From positions 61,878,001 to 61,942,000 of the forward strand of contig CM059438.1 of assembly GCA_030390025.1 (NCBI GenBank): 64,000 nucleotides of DNA, in the 5' to 3' direction. Shown piece by piece: positions 1 to 11,575 of the stretch. The DNA comes from Squalus acanthias. Its lineage: Eukaryota. The stretch's first letter is position 1. Each line of letters starts with the position of its first letter. Below the pieces are notes generated by a model. It made no database searches, was not told the origin of the DNA, and saw only the letters and a program-made list of their open reading frames with translations. A program made the position numbers and the translations under genes.

Positions 1-299
1 GATTGCCAGCTGTGGTTGGAGGTTTCGTCACATGACCTCTCGCCTCCAACCACCCCCGGCCCACGTTCCTGCCATTGGTTGTCCAACATGCCCGTCATCG
101 CGGCACACCACCTTCCCACGGCCAATTGGAAAGCAAACAGACTCTCCGTTACCCATTGGATGATTATTGACTGTCATTCGAACAGTCTTTTTTTCCCCAT
201 CTCCAATATTTTTCTCCCGGGTTTCTGGCAGCAGTGTCTGGGAGATTCGTCTTTCATTCCCGGAGATGCCAGGACAATCCGGGAGGATTAGCAACCCTA
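1..299. mobile_element. hAT-like MITE (AGGGTTGCCA-type termini), left end cut by window edge
   Basis: Ends in GATTAGCAACCCTA (286-299) and begins GATTGCCAGC. The interior is the reverse-complement homolog of the MITE at 61879-62143. Confidence 0.65.
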
Positions 300-519
300 A
301 TTGGGTTGCACACGCATCCATTTCAGCACCTGATTTTGCCACAATATTGACAGAATCTCGCCGTCAGGTCACTGGCCTTGGATTGGCTCATTCAGGGAAT
401 GGCGTGATGGGTCCTCAGAACCAGTCAGTTTGAATTCATGATAAATTCTAAATGTTACTCTTTTACATCAATTTGTAGCTAGGCCCAGTGTTGTGCCAAT
501 TTAAGAAATAAGCATCAGG

Positions 520-900
520 AACTTCAATGTATAGAGTGTCCTCCATGCCATCAGGACATCCCAAAATGCTTCACAGCCAATTAATTACTTTTAAGTCACT
601 GTTATAACGTAGGGGCACATGGCAGCTAATTTGCACACAGCAAGGTCCCACAAACAGCAATGAGATAAACCGGTTAATCTGTTTTTGGTCATGTTTAGTT
701 AAAAAACATGACCCTGTTTAGTTGAGGGATAAATGTTGGCCGGGACACCGGGAGAACTCCTTGCTCTTCTTCAAATAGTACCATGGGGATCCTTTACACC
801 CACCTGAACAGGTAGAAGGGGTTTAAATTCTCATCCGAAACACAGCACTACTTCGGGATTATGTGCTCAAGTTCAGGAGTGGGGCTGGAACTCACTGCCA
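520..900 (-). mobile_element. Deu-domain tRNA-derived SINE (SacSINE1/AmnSINE-like), degraded
   Basis: Reverse complement matches the SINE body GATCCCATGG..TATTTGAAGAAGAGCA..GAGTTCTCCCGGTGTCC seen at 19385-22795, 11160-11575 and 55590-55960. Confidence 0.75.
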
Positions 901-953
901 GCAAGGACTTAGAAAATTAACCCTTATTAGTCTTCCCTACCAATATGTACCTT

Positions 954-1160
954 TGTGAGAAGTCGCACAACACCAGGTTATAGTCCAACAGTTTTATTTG
1001 AAATCACAAGCTTTCGGAGCGCTGCTCCTTCGTCAGGACTTCACCTGACGAAGGAGCAGCGCTCCGAAAGCTTGTGATTTCAAATAAAACTGTTGGACTA
1101 TAACCTGGTGTTGTGCGACTTCTCACATTTGTCCAACCCAGTCCAACACCGGCATCTCCA
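954..1160. mobile_element. Non-autonomous Penelope-like terminal-repeat insertion forming a perfect 84-bp inverted repeat
   Basis: Arms 954-1037 and 1044-1127 are exact reverse complements around a 6-nt loop (ACTTCA). Flanked by the direct repeat CAATATGTACCTT at 941-953 and 1161-1173. The same sequence lies next to a Penelope ORF fragment at 54519-54607. Confidence 0.85.
1041..1077 (+). ncRNA. Minimal type I hammerhead ribozyme motif (Penelope-associated)
   Basis: TCAC-CTGACGA-A-GGAGC(AGC)GCTCC-GAAA-GCTT-GTGA: stem I TCAC/GTGA, core CUGANGA, 5-bp stem II, GAAA, palindromic AGCT stem III. Confidence 0.75.
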
Positions 1161-1216
1161 CAATATGTACCTTGTGATTGTTGCTTGGAGTAAGAAACCA
1201 GTGTAGGGGACGGAAC

Positions 1217-1281
1217 ACATACACATATATATATACATATATATATATACACATAGACGCATACATACACACACACATGCA
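1217..1281. repeat. Compound (CA)/(TA) microsatellite
   Basis: ACATACACATATATATACATATATATATATACACATAG...CACACACACATGCAC. Confidence 0.85.
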
Positions 1282-1734
1282 CAACTGCAAGTCAGTGGCA
1301 GGTTAACAGTCAATCAGTAAGTGGGTCCCTGAGTAGGTGTTAATTATTGTGGCTGGAAGTTGGCTGACCAGTTGTAACTCGTGTGTTTCTGAAGGTGTAC
1401 ATTAGAGGGATAGCTGCAAAAACCGAGCTTGGTGAGAGTTGGGTGAATTTGCTAAACGGAGTGACGACGGGAATTTGGTGAGAGTGGGAAGGAGGTGTAG
1501 AGGGGGAATGAGGTGCTAAGTAATTTAAACCAAGGGGCAACAGTAAATACATAAATAAATAATCAGAATAATGAATTCAATCTAAGAGGATACAATTTAA
1601 ATTAACTAAGTAGAGGATACCAACATTAAAGGGATCTGAATTGCATTGAATAAAAATCTGGTATACACAAATAATAAATAGGAGTTAGGGGGATACTAAA
1701 ATAAAGAAGTCAGTAAACAAAAAAAACAAGACTA

Positions 1735-1871
1735 CGACAAAAGCAAAATACTGCGGATGCTGGAAATCTGAAATAAAAACAGAAAATGCTGGGAATACTC
1801 AGCAGGTCAGGCAGCATCTGTAGAGAGAGAAACAGAGTTAACGTTTCAGGTCGATGACCCTTCGTCAGAAC
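1735..1871 (-). mobile_element. Penelope-like terminal-repeat fragment with hammerhead motif (1837-1871)
   Basis: Homologous to 62370-62466, downstream of the Penelope ORF. Flanking direct repeat AACAAGACTA at 1725-1734 and 1869-1878. Minus strand reads GTT-CTGACGA-A-GGGTC(ATC)GACCT-GAAA-CGTT-AAC. Confidence 0.8.
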
Positions 1872-2306
1872 AAGACTAATTAGTTACAAATTAATCTGCA
1901 ATCAAGCTAAATACATCTACGAAATATAATCTAGATCTCAAGTAATTCTATTATACTAGAATTAAATTACTACTAACAATTAATAAATAAAAACTAGAAA
2001 TGGCAGTGGCAGTGCAGGCTATGTGTCAGGATATGTCAGAGTTTGTGGACAGTGGGACTGTCTCGGATTGCCACATCTGCAGGAAATGTCTCTGCCTTGA
2101 ATCACTTCAGCTCAGAGTTTTGACACAAGGGAGGGGGAGGAATTTCTGGATAGTTTTCTCCAGAGTGCATTCACAACTCTGAGGAAAGCACAAGTGTTGG
2201 AAGGGGAGAGGGTGACTGTCAGTCAGAGGGTAGGGGGAACCAAGGGGAGATAGAGGTAGAGGGCCTGCAGACACTGGTCCTATCCAACAGTTACAGTGTA
2301 CTTGAT

Positions 2307-2871
2307 ACAACAACAACAACAACTTGTATTTATATAGCACCTTTAACGTAGTAAAACGTCCCAAAGCGCTGCACAGCAGTATTTTAAGACAAAAAATTTG
2401 ACACCAATCCACATGAGGATAAATTAGGGCAGGTGACCAAAAGCTTGGTCAAAGAGGTAGGTTTTAAGGAGCGTCTTAAAGGAGGAAAGAGAGGTAGCGA
2501 GGCGGAGAGGTTGAGGCAGGGAATTCCAGAGCTTAGGGCCTCGGCAACAGAAGGCACGGCCACCGTTGGTTGAGCGATTATAATCAGGGATCCTCAAGAG
2601 GGCAGAATTCGAGGAGCGCAGATATCTCGGGGGAGTTGTGGGGCTGAAGGAGATTACAGAGATAGGGCGGGGCGAGGCCATGGAGGGATTTGAAAACAAG
2701 GATGAGAATTTTAAATTGGAGGCGTTGCTGGAGTCAATTTAGGTCAGCGAGCAAAGGGGTGATGGGCGAACGGGACTTGGTGCGAGTTCGGACACGGGCA
2801 GCCGAGTTTTGGACGACCTCAAGAGTACGTAGGGTGGAATGTGGGAGGCCAGCCAGGAGTGCGTTGGAATA
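2307..2871 (-). mobile_element. L2-clade LINE 3' fragment
   Basis: ORF 2424-2699 RYLRSSNSALLRIP..GGRAF..GPKLWNSLP..FKTLLKTYLF is typical of an L2 ORF2 C-terminus. (TGT)n tail at about 2307-2325. Confidence 0.8.
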
Positions 2872-3713
2872 GTAGGGATAAGGAGAAAGATTGCAGGGAG
2901 GACAGCCACAATGCTGACCTAGGCACCGTGGAGCAAGGGCTGATCAAAGTGGGAAGGAGCAGAATAGAAATGCAGTAGTTATAGAGGATTCAGTAATTAG
3001 GAGGACAGAAAGCAAATCTGCAGCCATGATTGAGAGTTCCGAGGGGTATGATACCTACCAGGTGCCAGGGTAAGGAATATCTCGATGCGGCTCGAAAGGA
3101 ATTTGGAAAGGAAGGGGGAAGATCCAGTTGTCGTGGTCCATGTTGGGACCAATGGCATAGGGAAGAAAAGGGAGGAGGTTCTGCTGAGGGAGTATCAGGA
3201 ATTAGGAGTTAAATTATAAAACAGGACCTCGAGGATGGTGATCTCAAGATTATTACCCGAGCCACGTGCTAATTGACAGAGGGACAAACAGATCAGGAAG
3301 GTGAAAACGTTGCTAAAGGAGTGGTGTGGGAAGGAGGGGCTCCATTTCTTGGGACACTGGCACCGGTACTGGGAAAGGAGGGAGCTGTACTGTTGGGAAC
3401 GGGCTACACCTGAACCGGGCTGGGACCCCAAGTCTGAGCAGAAAGGATAATTGGGTTGGTAAAAAGGACTTTCAACTAATCAATGGGGGAATGGGGGAGG
3501 GTTCAGTCAGAAACAATAGTGAAAATGATAGCTTAAAGATTTTAAAAAAGGGATCAGAGCAGAGTTCAGGTCACAATCAGTGATATCGATACTCCAGGTG
3601 AAGGGAATACTAAAAGAACTAAAATTGTTACAGCAGGAGTCATAGAGTTATACAGCACAGAAAGAGGCCCTTCGGCCCATCGTGTCCGCGCCGCCCATCA
3701 AGCCCTGTCTATT

Positions 3714-6532
3714 CTAATCCCATTTTCCAGCACTTGGTCCGTAGCCTTGTACGCTATGGCGTTTCAAGTGCTCATCTAAATGCTTCTTGAATGTTGTGAG
3801 GGTTCCTGCCTCTACCACCCTTTCAGGCAGTGAGTTCCAGATTCCAACCACCCTCTGGGTGAAAAAGTTTTTCCTCAAATCCCCTCTAAACCTCCTGCCC
3901 CTTACCTTGAAACTATGCCCCCTTGATATTGACCCCTCTACTAAGGGGAAACGTTCCTTTCTATCTACCCTATCTATGCCCCTCATAATTTTGTACACCT
4001 CAATCAGGTCCCCCCTCAGCCTTCTCTGCTCTAAGGAAAACAACCCCAGCCTGTCCAGTCTCTCTTCATAGCTGAAGCGCTCCAGCCCAGGTAACATCCT
4101 GGTGAATCTCCTCTGCACCCTCTCCAATGCAATCACATCCTTCCTATAGTGTGGCGACCAGAACTGCACACAGTATTCCAGCTGTGGCCTAACTAGCGTT
4201 TTGTACAGCTCCATCATAACCTCCCTGCTCTTATATTCTATGCCTCGGCTAATGAAAGCAAGTATCCCATATGCCTTTTTAACCACCTTATCTACCTGTC
4301 CTGCTGCCTTCAGGGATCTATGTACATGCACACCAAGGTCCCTCTGATCCTCTGTCCTTCCTAGGGTCCTACCATTCATTGTGTATTCCCTTCCCTTGTT
4401 AGTCCTCCCAAAATGCATCACCTCACACTTTTCAGGGTTAAATTCCATTTGCCACTGTTCTGCCCATCTGACCAACCCGTCTATATCGTCCTGTAGCCTG
4501 AGGCTTCCCTCCTCACCACTTACCACCCCACCAATTTTCGTGTCATCTGCGAACTTACTGATCATACCTCCTACATTTATATCTAAATCATTAATGTACA
4601 CTACAAACAGCAAAGGACCTAGCACCGATCCCTGCGGTACACCACTGGACATAGGCTTCCAGTCACAAAAACAACCTTCGACCATCACCCTCTGCTTCCT
4701 GCCACTAAGCCAATTTTGGATCCAATGTGCCAAGTTGCCCTGGATCCCATGGGCTCTTACCTTCTTCACCAGTCTCCCATGCGGGACTTTGTCAAAAGCC
4801 TTACTGAAGTCCATGTAGACCACATCAACTGCACTACCCTCATCCACACACCTAGTCACCCCCTCGAAAAATTCAATCAAATTGGTCAGACATGATCTCC
4901 CCCTGACAAAGCCATGCTGACTATCCTTGATTAATCCTTGCCTCTCCAAGTGGAGACTAATTCTGTCCCTCAGAATTTTTTCCAATAATTTCCCTACCAC
5001 TAATGTTAGGCTCACTGGCCTATAATTCCCTGGTTTATCCCTACTACCCTTCTTGAATAATGGTAATATGTTAGCTGTTCTCCAGTCCTCTGGCACCTCC
5101 CCTGTGGCCAGAGATGTTCTGAAAATTTGTGTCAGAGCCCCTGCAATCTCCTCCCTTGCCTCACACAGCAGCCTGGGATACATCTCGTCTGGGCCTGGGG
5201 ATTTATCCACTTTTAAGCCCGCTAAAACCGCTAGTACCTCCTCCCTCTCAATACTAATTTGTTCAAGTATATCACAATCCCCCTGCCTGATTTCTATGCC
5301 TACATCGTCCTTCTCCATAGTGAACACAGATGCAAAATATTCATTTAAAACCCCATCTACATCTTCTGGCTCTACTCACAGATTGCCACTTTGGTCCCTA
5401 ATGAGTCCTACTCTTTCCGTGGTTATCCTCTTGCCCTTAATATACTTATAAAACACCTTGGGATTTTCCTTTATTTTGCCCGCCAGTGTTTTTTCATGCC
5501 CCCTCTTCGCTCTCCTAATTTCTTTTTTAAGTACCCCCCTGCACTTTCTATACTCCTCTAGGGCTTCCACTGTTTTTAGTCCTTTGTATCTGCCAAAAGC
5601 CTCCCTTTTTTTCCTAATCCATTCTCGTATATCCCTTGACATCCAGGGTTCCCTGGGCTTGTTGGTCCCACCCTTGACCTTTACGGGAACATGTTGCCAT
5701 TGTACTCTCTCTATTTCCTTTCTGAAAGACTCCCACTGCTCTGATGTGGATTTTCCTACAAGTAGCTGATCCCAGTCCACCTTGGCCAGATCCTGCTTAT
5801 CATATTAAAATCGGCCTTCCCCCAATTTAGAACCTTTATTTCCGGTCCATCTTTGTTCTTTTCCATGACTACCTTAAACCTCACCGAATTATGGTCACTG
5901 TCGCCAAAAAGCTCTCCTACTAACACTTCTACCACTTGCCCGGCTACATTCCCTAGAATTAGGTCCAGTACCGCCCCCTCTCTTGTAGGACTTTCTACAT
6001 GCTGGCTCAAAAAGCTCTCCTGGGTGCACTTTAAGAATTTCGCACCCACTAAGCCTTTCACACTCTGACTATCCCAGTTAATATTGCGGAAGTTGAAATC
6101 CCCTACTATTATTACCCTATTTTTTCTACACTTCTCTGAGATTTGCCTACATATCTGTTCCTCATTCTCCCCCTGACTGTTTGGGGGCCTATAGTACACT
6201 CCCAGCAAAGTGCTTGCCCCCTTTTTCTTTTTAAGTTCTACCCATATGGCCTCATTAGAGGAACCTGCTAAGATATCATCCCTCCTTACTGCAGTAATTG
6301 ACTCCTTGATTAATATTCCGACACTTTTACACCCCCCTCTGTCTTGCCTGACGATTCTATACCCCGGAATATTGAGCTGCCAGTCCTGCCCCTCCCTCAA
6401 CCATGTCTCTGTGATAGCAACAATATCATACTCCGATGTGTTCATCAACACCTTCAATTCATCTACCTTACTCGCAAGACTCCTTGCATTAAAATAAATG
6501 CCATCCAGCCTTGCCATACTCCCTTGTGCCAT
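3714..6532 (-). pseudogene. CR1 ORF2 (APE endonuclease + reverse transcriptase), disrupted
   Basis: Motifs ITETW, GDFN, SDHN, DFSKAFDKV, GVPQGSVLGP, FADD. A 1-bp deletion near 5795 relative to copy B and an in-frame TGA at 5376-5378. Confidence 0.92.
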
Positions 6533-6636
6533 TACATATTTGCTCTGCCTTTCAGGCTGACTTGTTTTTTCCTCTATATTTGGCTGTGCATCACCCCCTA
6601 CTATAGCTCCACTCCATATCCCATCCCCCTGCCATG

Positions 6637-7587
6637 TTAGTTTAAAACCCCCCCAACAGTACTAGCAAATCTCCCCGCAAGGATGTTGGTCCCGTTCCGG
6701 TTCAGGTGCAACCCGTCCGACTTGTACAGGTCCCACCTTCCCCAGAAGCAGACCCAGTGATCCAGGAAACTAAAGCCCTCCCTCCTGCACCAACTCTTTA
6801 GCCACGCATTCATCTGCTCTATCCACCTATTCCTATACTCACTAGCACGTGGCACCGGGAGTAATCCAGAGATTACAACCTTTGAGGTCCTGCTTTTTAA
6901 TCTGCTACCTAGCTCCCTAAATTCTTGTTGCAGGACCTCATCCCTCTTTCTACCCATGTCGTTAGTACCAATGTGAACCACGACCTCTGACTGTTCGCCC
7001 TCCCCCTTCAGAATGCCCTGCAGCCGTTCAGTGACATCCTTGACCCTGGCACCAGGGAGGCAACATACCATCCTGGAGTCACGTCTGCGGCCACAGAAAC
7101 GTCTATCTGTTCCCCTTACGATAGAATCCCCTATCACTATTGCTCTCCCACTCTTTTTCCTCCCCTCCTGTGCAGCTGAGCCACTCGTAGTGCCACGGAC
7201 TTGGCTCTTGCTGCATTCGACTGAGAAACCATCTCCCCCATCAGTATCCAAAACGGAAAATCTGTCGGAGAGGGAAATGGACTCAGGGGACTTCTGCACT
7301 ACCTTCCTAGTTCTTTTACTCTGTCTGGCGGTCACCCATTCCCTGTCTGCCTGTGCACTCTTTACCTGCGGTGTGACCACCTTGTTAAACGTGCTATCCA
7401 CGAAGATCTCAGCTTCGCGGATGCTCCACAGTGACTCCAGCTGCAGCTCCAGCTCCGAAACACGGATTTCGAGTAGCTGCAGCTGGAGACACTTCCTGCA
7501 CATGTGTTCGCCCTGGACACCTAAAGTGTCCCTGACTTCCCACATAGCACAGGAGGAGCACGCCACACTGCCGAGCTGCCCTGCCAT
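6637..7587 (-). CDS. CR1 ORF1 protein: Cys-rich/leucine-zipper N-terminus plus SGNH esterase
   Basis: 316 aa open frame with CSSC..CRKC, LxxxxxxL repeats, and SGNH blocks GDS, GARV, HIGTND, DGLH. Confidence 0.9.
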   Translation of the reverse strand: MAGQLGSVACSSCAMWEVRDTLGVQGEHMCRKCLQLQLLEIRVSELELQLESLWSIREAEIFVDSTFNKVVTPQVKSAQADREWVTARQSKRTRKVVQKSPESISLSDRFSVLDTDGGDGFSVECSKSQVRGTTSGSAAQEGRKKSGRAIVIGDSIVRGTDRRFCGRRRDSRMVCCLPGARVKDVTERLQGILKGEGEQSEVVVHIGTNDMGRKRDEVLQQEFRELGSRLKSRTSKVVISGLLPVPRASEYRNRWIEQMNAWLKSWCRREGFSFLDHWVCFWGRWDLYKSDGLHLNRNGTNILAGRFASTVGGVLN

Positions 7588-8579
7588 GTCCTACCCTTAA
7601 TTTACTCCCTTTAAATTAAAGAATATTAAATACACTAGGGACGTTAGTTCCCTTTAAATACTACTTACTCTAAACTAGAGACCTTACTTTTAATTTAATG
7701 ACTGGAATGTAGAAATACTGTAGAAGTACTCACCGCTGGTTCTCTGTCCCCTCTTGTGCAGCTTTTTAGCTCCTGCTCTCCTGGAAGCTGACAAAGATGG
7801 AAAAAGAAAGGAACACCTCCCTCCCCGAACTCCCTCACTCACCAAACTCGCAGTTTAACACTCTGTTCCGATCTGCACTCCGTGACAAATAAGAAACGTG
7901 TGAAGTTAAACGGTGCGAGAAAGACAGCATCAGGGCAGAAGGACAGGTTAGGGTCTCTTGCCCAAATAAGAGTTTTATACACACGGAGTATAAGAAATAA
8001 ATTGAATGAATTAGAGGCTCAAATACAGCTTAGCGGGTATGACATGGTGGCCATTACTGAGACATGGCTGCAAGCTGGTCATGATTGGGAGTTAAATATT
8101 CCAGGTTATAAGGTCTTTAGAAAGAATAGGGAAACTGGAAGAGGAGGAGGGGTAGCCTTATTGATTACAACATTAGTAAGAGAGGATATAGGTAAGGGAA
8201 AGCAATCAGCGGAGACTCTGCGGTTAGAATTGAAGAATAGGAAAGGACTGAAAACTGCAATGGGAGTTGTCTATAGGCTTCCTGATAGCAGCAATGCATT
8301 CATTCAGAGATTAGAAAAAGCAAAGTTGTTTTAATGGGAGACTTTAATTTTCATACAGATTAGGAAGAGCGGAGCAGCTCGTCAGAAAGGTAATGAATTT
8401 CTTGAGTACATTCAAGATAGTTTTCTGAACCAACAAGAGAGCAGGCTGTACTAGATCTAGTAATGAGCAATGAGCCAGACTTAGTTAATAATCTAAAGTA
8501 AGGGGATATTTCTCTAACATTGATCATAACATGATCGAATTCTGTTAGGTTTGAAAAGGAGAAACATAACAGTTACTTA

Positions 8580-9290
8580 GGGCTGGATTTTCCGAGGGGT
8601 CAGTGGGCACGATCGGTACCGGGTCAGGTGGGAAAGTGTTTTTTCCCCCAGTAGGTCGGGACCCCGCTGTGAACCCGCCGCCACACGCCGTTACCAAATG
8701 TCGGGTCTGTCAGCGCTGAGCAGACCCGACACGCAGCGGCGGGGGAGGCAATTAAAATCATTAGTGGCTTGTTTACAGCCACTTATCAATGGTTTTTTCC
8801 CAGCTTTTTGGATTCAACAGGTCGCCCACCGGTTTCCCGCTGTGCCTAGACCTCGTCTGTGAAGCTGAGGCGGGAGGTCAGTGGCCATTGAATCAGCTGA
8901 TGAGTTGACAGCTTCAAATGTCAAGTCAAAACTCCCAGCTGATTGAGAAATGTTCCCTTAACCAATAGCTTCTTTAAACCGCATTTCCACTACAGATTCA
9001 GGATGCTGCAAGTCTTTACACAAGTCTCCATCCAGTCTGACCTCATTACCTCTCCCACCATTGACAGATCGCTTCTAGTCATCTCTACTTCACCTGCCAT
9101 CTTATTCCATCAGCATCGGTGCCCTTGAAACTCTTTCACCTTGGTCCTCAGAATCCCACCACGATGAGCCCCAACACCAGCAGCACCAGGCACGCCAGCA
9201 GCACCAACAACAACACCAACCTTCTCCACAATCAACTGATGCTGCAGGGGACAGAGGGCATCAGCATGGACAGATTTACTTCACTTGACG
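8580..9290 (+). mobile_element. Probable PIF/Harbinger-derived fragment inserted in the old CR1
   Basis: Begins TTA|GGGCTGGATTTTCC, a TWA site plus a terminus like the other Harbinger-type ends in this window. GC-rich subterminal region interrupts CR1 ORF2. The other end was not found. Confidence 0.5.
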
Positions 9291-10232
9291 CTGTACACCC
9301 TGGCTACCAGGTTTGCCAATGACACAGAGATTGGTGGCATAGTAAGTTGTGTAGTAGGGAGCATGAAATTACAAAGAGACAGTGATAGATTTAGTGAGTG
9401 GGAAAAACTGTGGCAGATGGATTTCAATGCAAGTAAGTGTTAGGTCATTCATTTTGGACCAAAGAGGGATGGATCTGAGTATTTCTTTACATGGTGAAAA
9501 GCTAGGAACAGTGGCGGTCCAAAGAGTTTTTGGGGTCCATGTATACAGATCACTAAAATGTTGTAGTCAGGTTCAAAAAGTAATCAAAAAGACTAATGGA
9601 ATGTTAGCCTTTATATCTAGAGGGCTGGAATATAAAGGGGAGGAAGCTATACAAAGCCCTGATTAGACCACATCTGGAGCACTGTGTACAGTTCTGGTCA
9701 CCGCACCTTAGAAAGGATATATTGGCCTTGGAAGGAGTGCAGCGCAGATTCACCAGAACGTTACCAGGGCTCCAAGGGTTAGATTATGAGGAGCGATTAC
9801 ATAAACTTGGCTTGTATTCCCTGGAATATAGAAGTTTAGGGGGTGATTTGATTGAGGTTTTTAGATTTTGAAAGGAATGGATCGGGTAGATAGAGAGAAA
9901 CGTTTTCCACTGGTGGGGGAGTCTAGGACAAGGGGACACAACCTTAAAATCAGAGCCAGGCCATTCAAGAGAGAAGTTAGGAAACACTTCTTCACGCAAA
10001 GGGTGGTAGAAATGTGGAACACTCTCCCACAAAAAGCAGTAGATGCCAACTCAATTAATACTTTTAAATCTGAAATCGATAGATTTTTGCTAGCTATGGG
10101 TATTAATGGATGTGGCGCCAAGACAGATGGATGGAGTTAGGATACAGATCTGCCATGATCTCATTGAATGGTGGAACAAGCTCGATGGGCTGAACAGCCT
10201 ACTCCTGTTCCTATGTTCATATGCATACGCAT

Positions 10233-10264
<32 letters not shown>

Positions 10265-11159
10265 CAGACTTGCAGCCAAACACATGGAGACAGATAGACT
10301 TACATAAATGGTTGCACAAGGTCAGACTTGCACAGGTGCAAACTTTCACACATAGAGGTGTAGACAGATAAACACAGGTACTCAAGGTCAGGCAGTGAGA
10401 CAGACCCATGTCACAAAAGGGTGGGGGAGGGGTGGCACAGTACTGACTATGGTCTCCATCACTGAGTGCAAAGGACTAAAAGTATTCTGAAGTCCTGAAG
10501 CAGCAAAACCATCTCTTATTCAAAAAGTCAAAGACCTTCCTTGACAATAACCCGTCCCTTAACACAGATAGCACCAAAATGGCAGCTGTGGAAGCGACAG
10601 TGCCAAGCTTTCCTGGGAGCAGTTTACCTCTCAATTGCAGCCAGTGTTAAAACAGGAATGTTTAGAACAATCATGAACTCTGTGTGACTCAAACTGAAAT
10701 GACACGACTAACTGACAAGAGCAGTGTATGTATAATAATTTCATGCTTCAATAGATGAGATACAAGAGTGACCATAATGAACGACAGTGATCGGCTCTGG
10801 ATAGGAATCACTGGGTAATCTGAACGACATGAACTGCGTCTGGGGCCTGGCTTTGAATCCTACTCAGGTTGATGGGATGAAAGTACCTTCTGTCTGTAAG
10901 GGCCCCGAGTCTGAGTCCATATCACCAAGCTGGCTATAATTCACCAGGACACCGACGAGAAGATTCTCTGCCTTGGCTCTCCTGACACACAGCAGGAGCA
11001 CATGATGGGAAATTGAGCCCCACCCCTCCCCCCCCAGCCCGTGATTTTCCGACCATGGACTGACGATCACAGGTTGGCAGTGCGCTATTGCCCAGCATGC
11101 ATTCTTGGTGTGTGATGAGAACGCTGAAGTGAAAATTCTCCCCTTCGAGAAAAAATTAT

Positions 11160-11575
11160 CATTGGTATATCGCAACCTTTCACAACATCCCAAAGCGCTT
11201 TACAGTACAATGAAGTACTTTTTCAAGTGTAGTCACTGTTGTAATGTAGGAAACACGGCAGCCAATTTGCACACAACAAGATCCCACAAACAGCAATGAG
11301 ATAATGGCCAGGTGTTTTTCTCGTGATGTTGAGGGATAAATATTGGCCAGGACACCGGGGAGAACTCCCTGCTCTTCTTCAAATAATGCCATGGCATCTT
11401 TTACGTCCACCTGAGAGAGCAGACGGGGCCTCACTTCAACATCTTATTCGCAACAGACATGGCAGCACTCCCTCAGTCCTACACTGAAGTGTCAGCCTAG
11501 AGTTTGTGGAGTGGGACTTGAACACGTAACCTTCTGACTTCGAGGCAAGAGTGCGACTCACTGAGCCCACGGGTG
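11160..11575 (-). mobile_element. Deu-domain tRNA-derived SINE
   Basis: Minus strand has an A-box-like GGGCTCAGTGAG, a B box GTTCAAGTCCC, the Deu body and an L2-like tail. Confidence 0.8.

Larger units (their letters stand above)
3637..7890 (-). mobile_element. Near-full-length CR1 LINE (copy A)
   Basis: 5' UTR, intact ORF1, ORF2 (APE endonuclease + RT) with two lesions, and 3' end CTGTGCTGTATAACTCTATGACTC. Near-identical to 33250-37470. Confidence 0.95.
1400..10220 (+). mobile_element. Old, fragmented CR1 LINE hosting several younger insertions
   Basis: ORF1 start-like MAVAVQAMCQDMSEF..CHICRKC (2000-2182), degraded esterase region (about 2900-3480), endonuclease fragment YDMVAITETWLQ (7882-8334), RT C-terminus FFTQRVVEMWNTLP (9868-10140) and 3' tail near 10220. 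The pieces are collinear across the insertions. Confidence 0.75.

Noticed and set aside
1004..1313. ORFs with CVCVYIYI-type sequence (also 10106-10409 and 17203-17722)
   Set aside because: Translations of microsatellites.
3787..7600. Many + strand ORFs of 70-195 aa opposite the CR1 (and equivalents opposite other CR1 copies)
   Set aside because: Antisense shadows of LINE ORFs that recur in each copy.
10400..11150. Non-repetitive stretch checked for exons of a neighbouring gene (also 15500-16130)
   Set aside because: No recognisable peptide or convincing splice-bounded frame; left unannotated.
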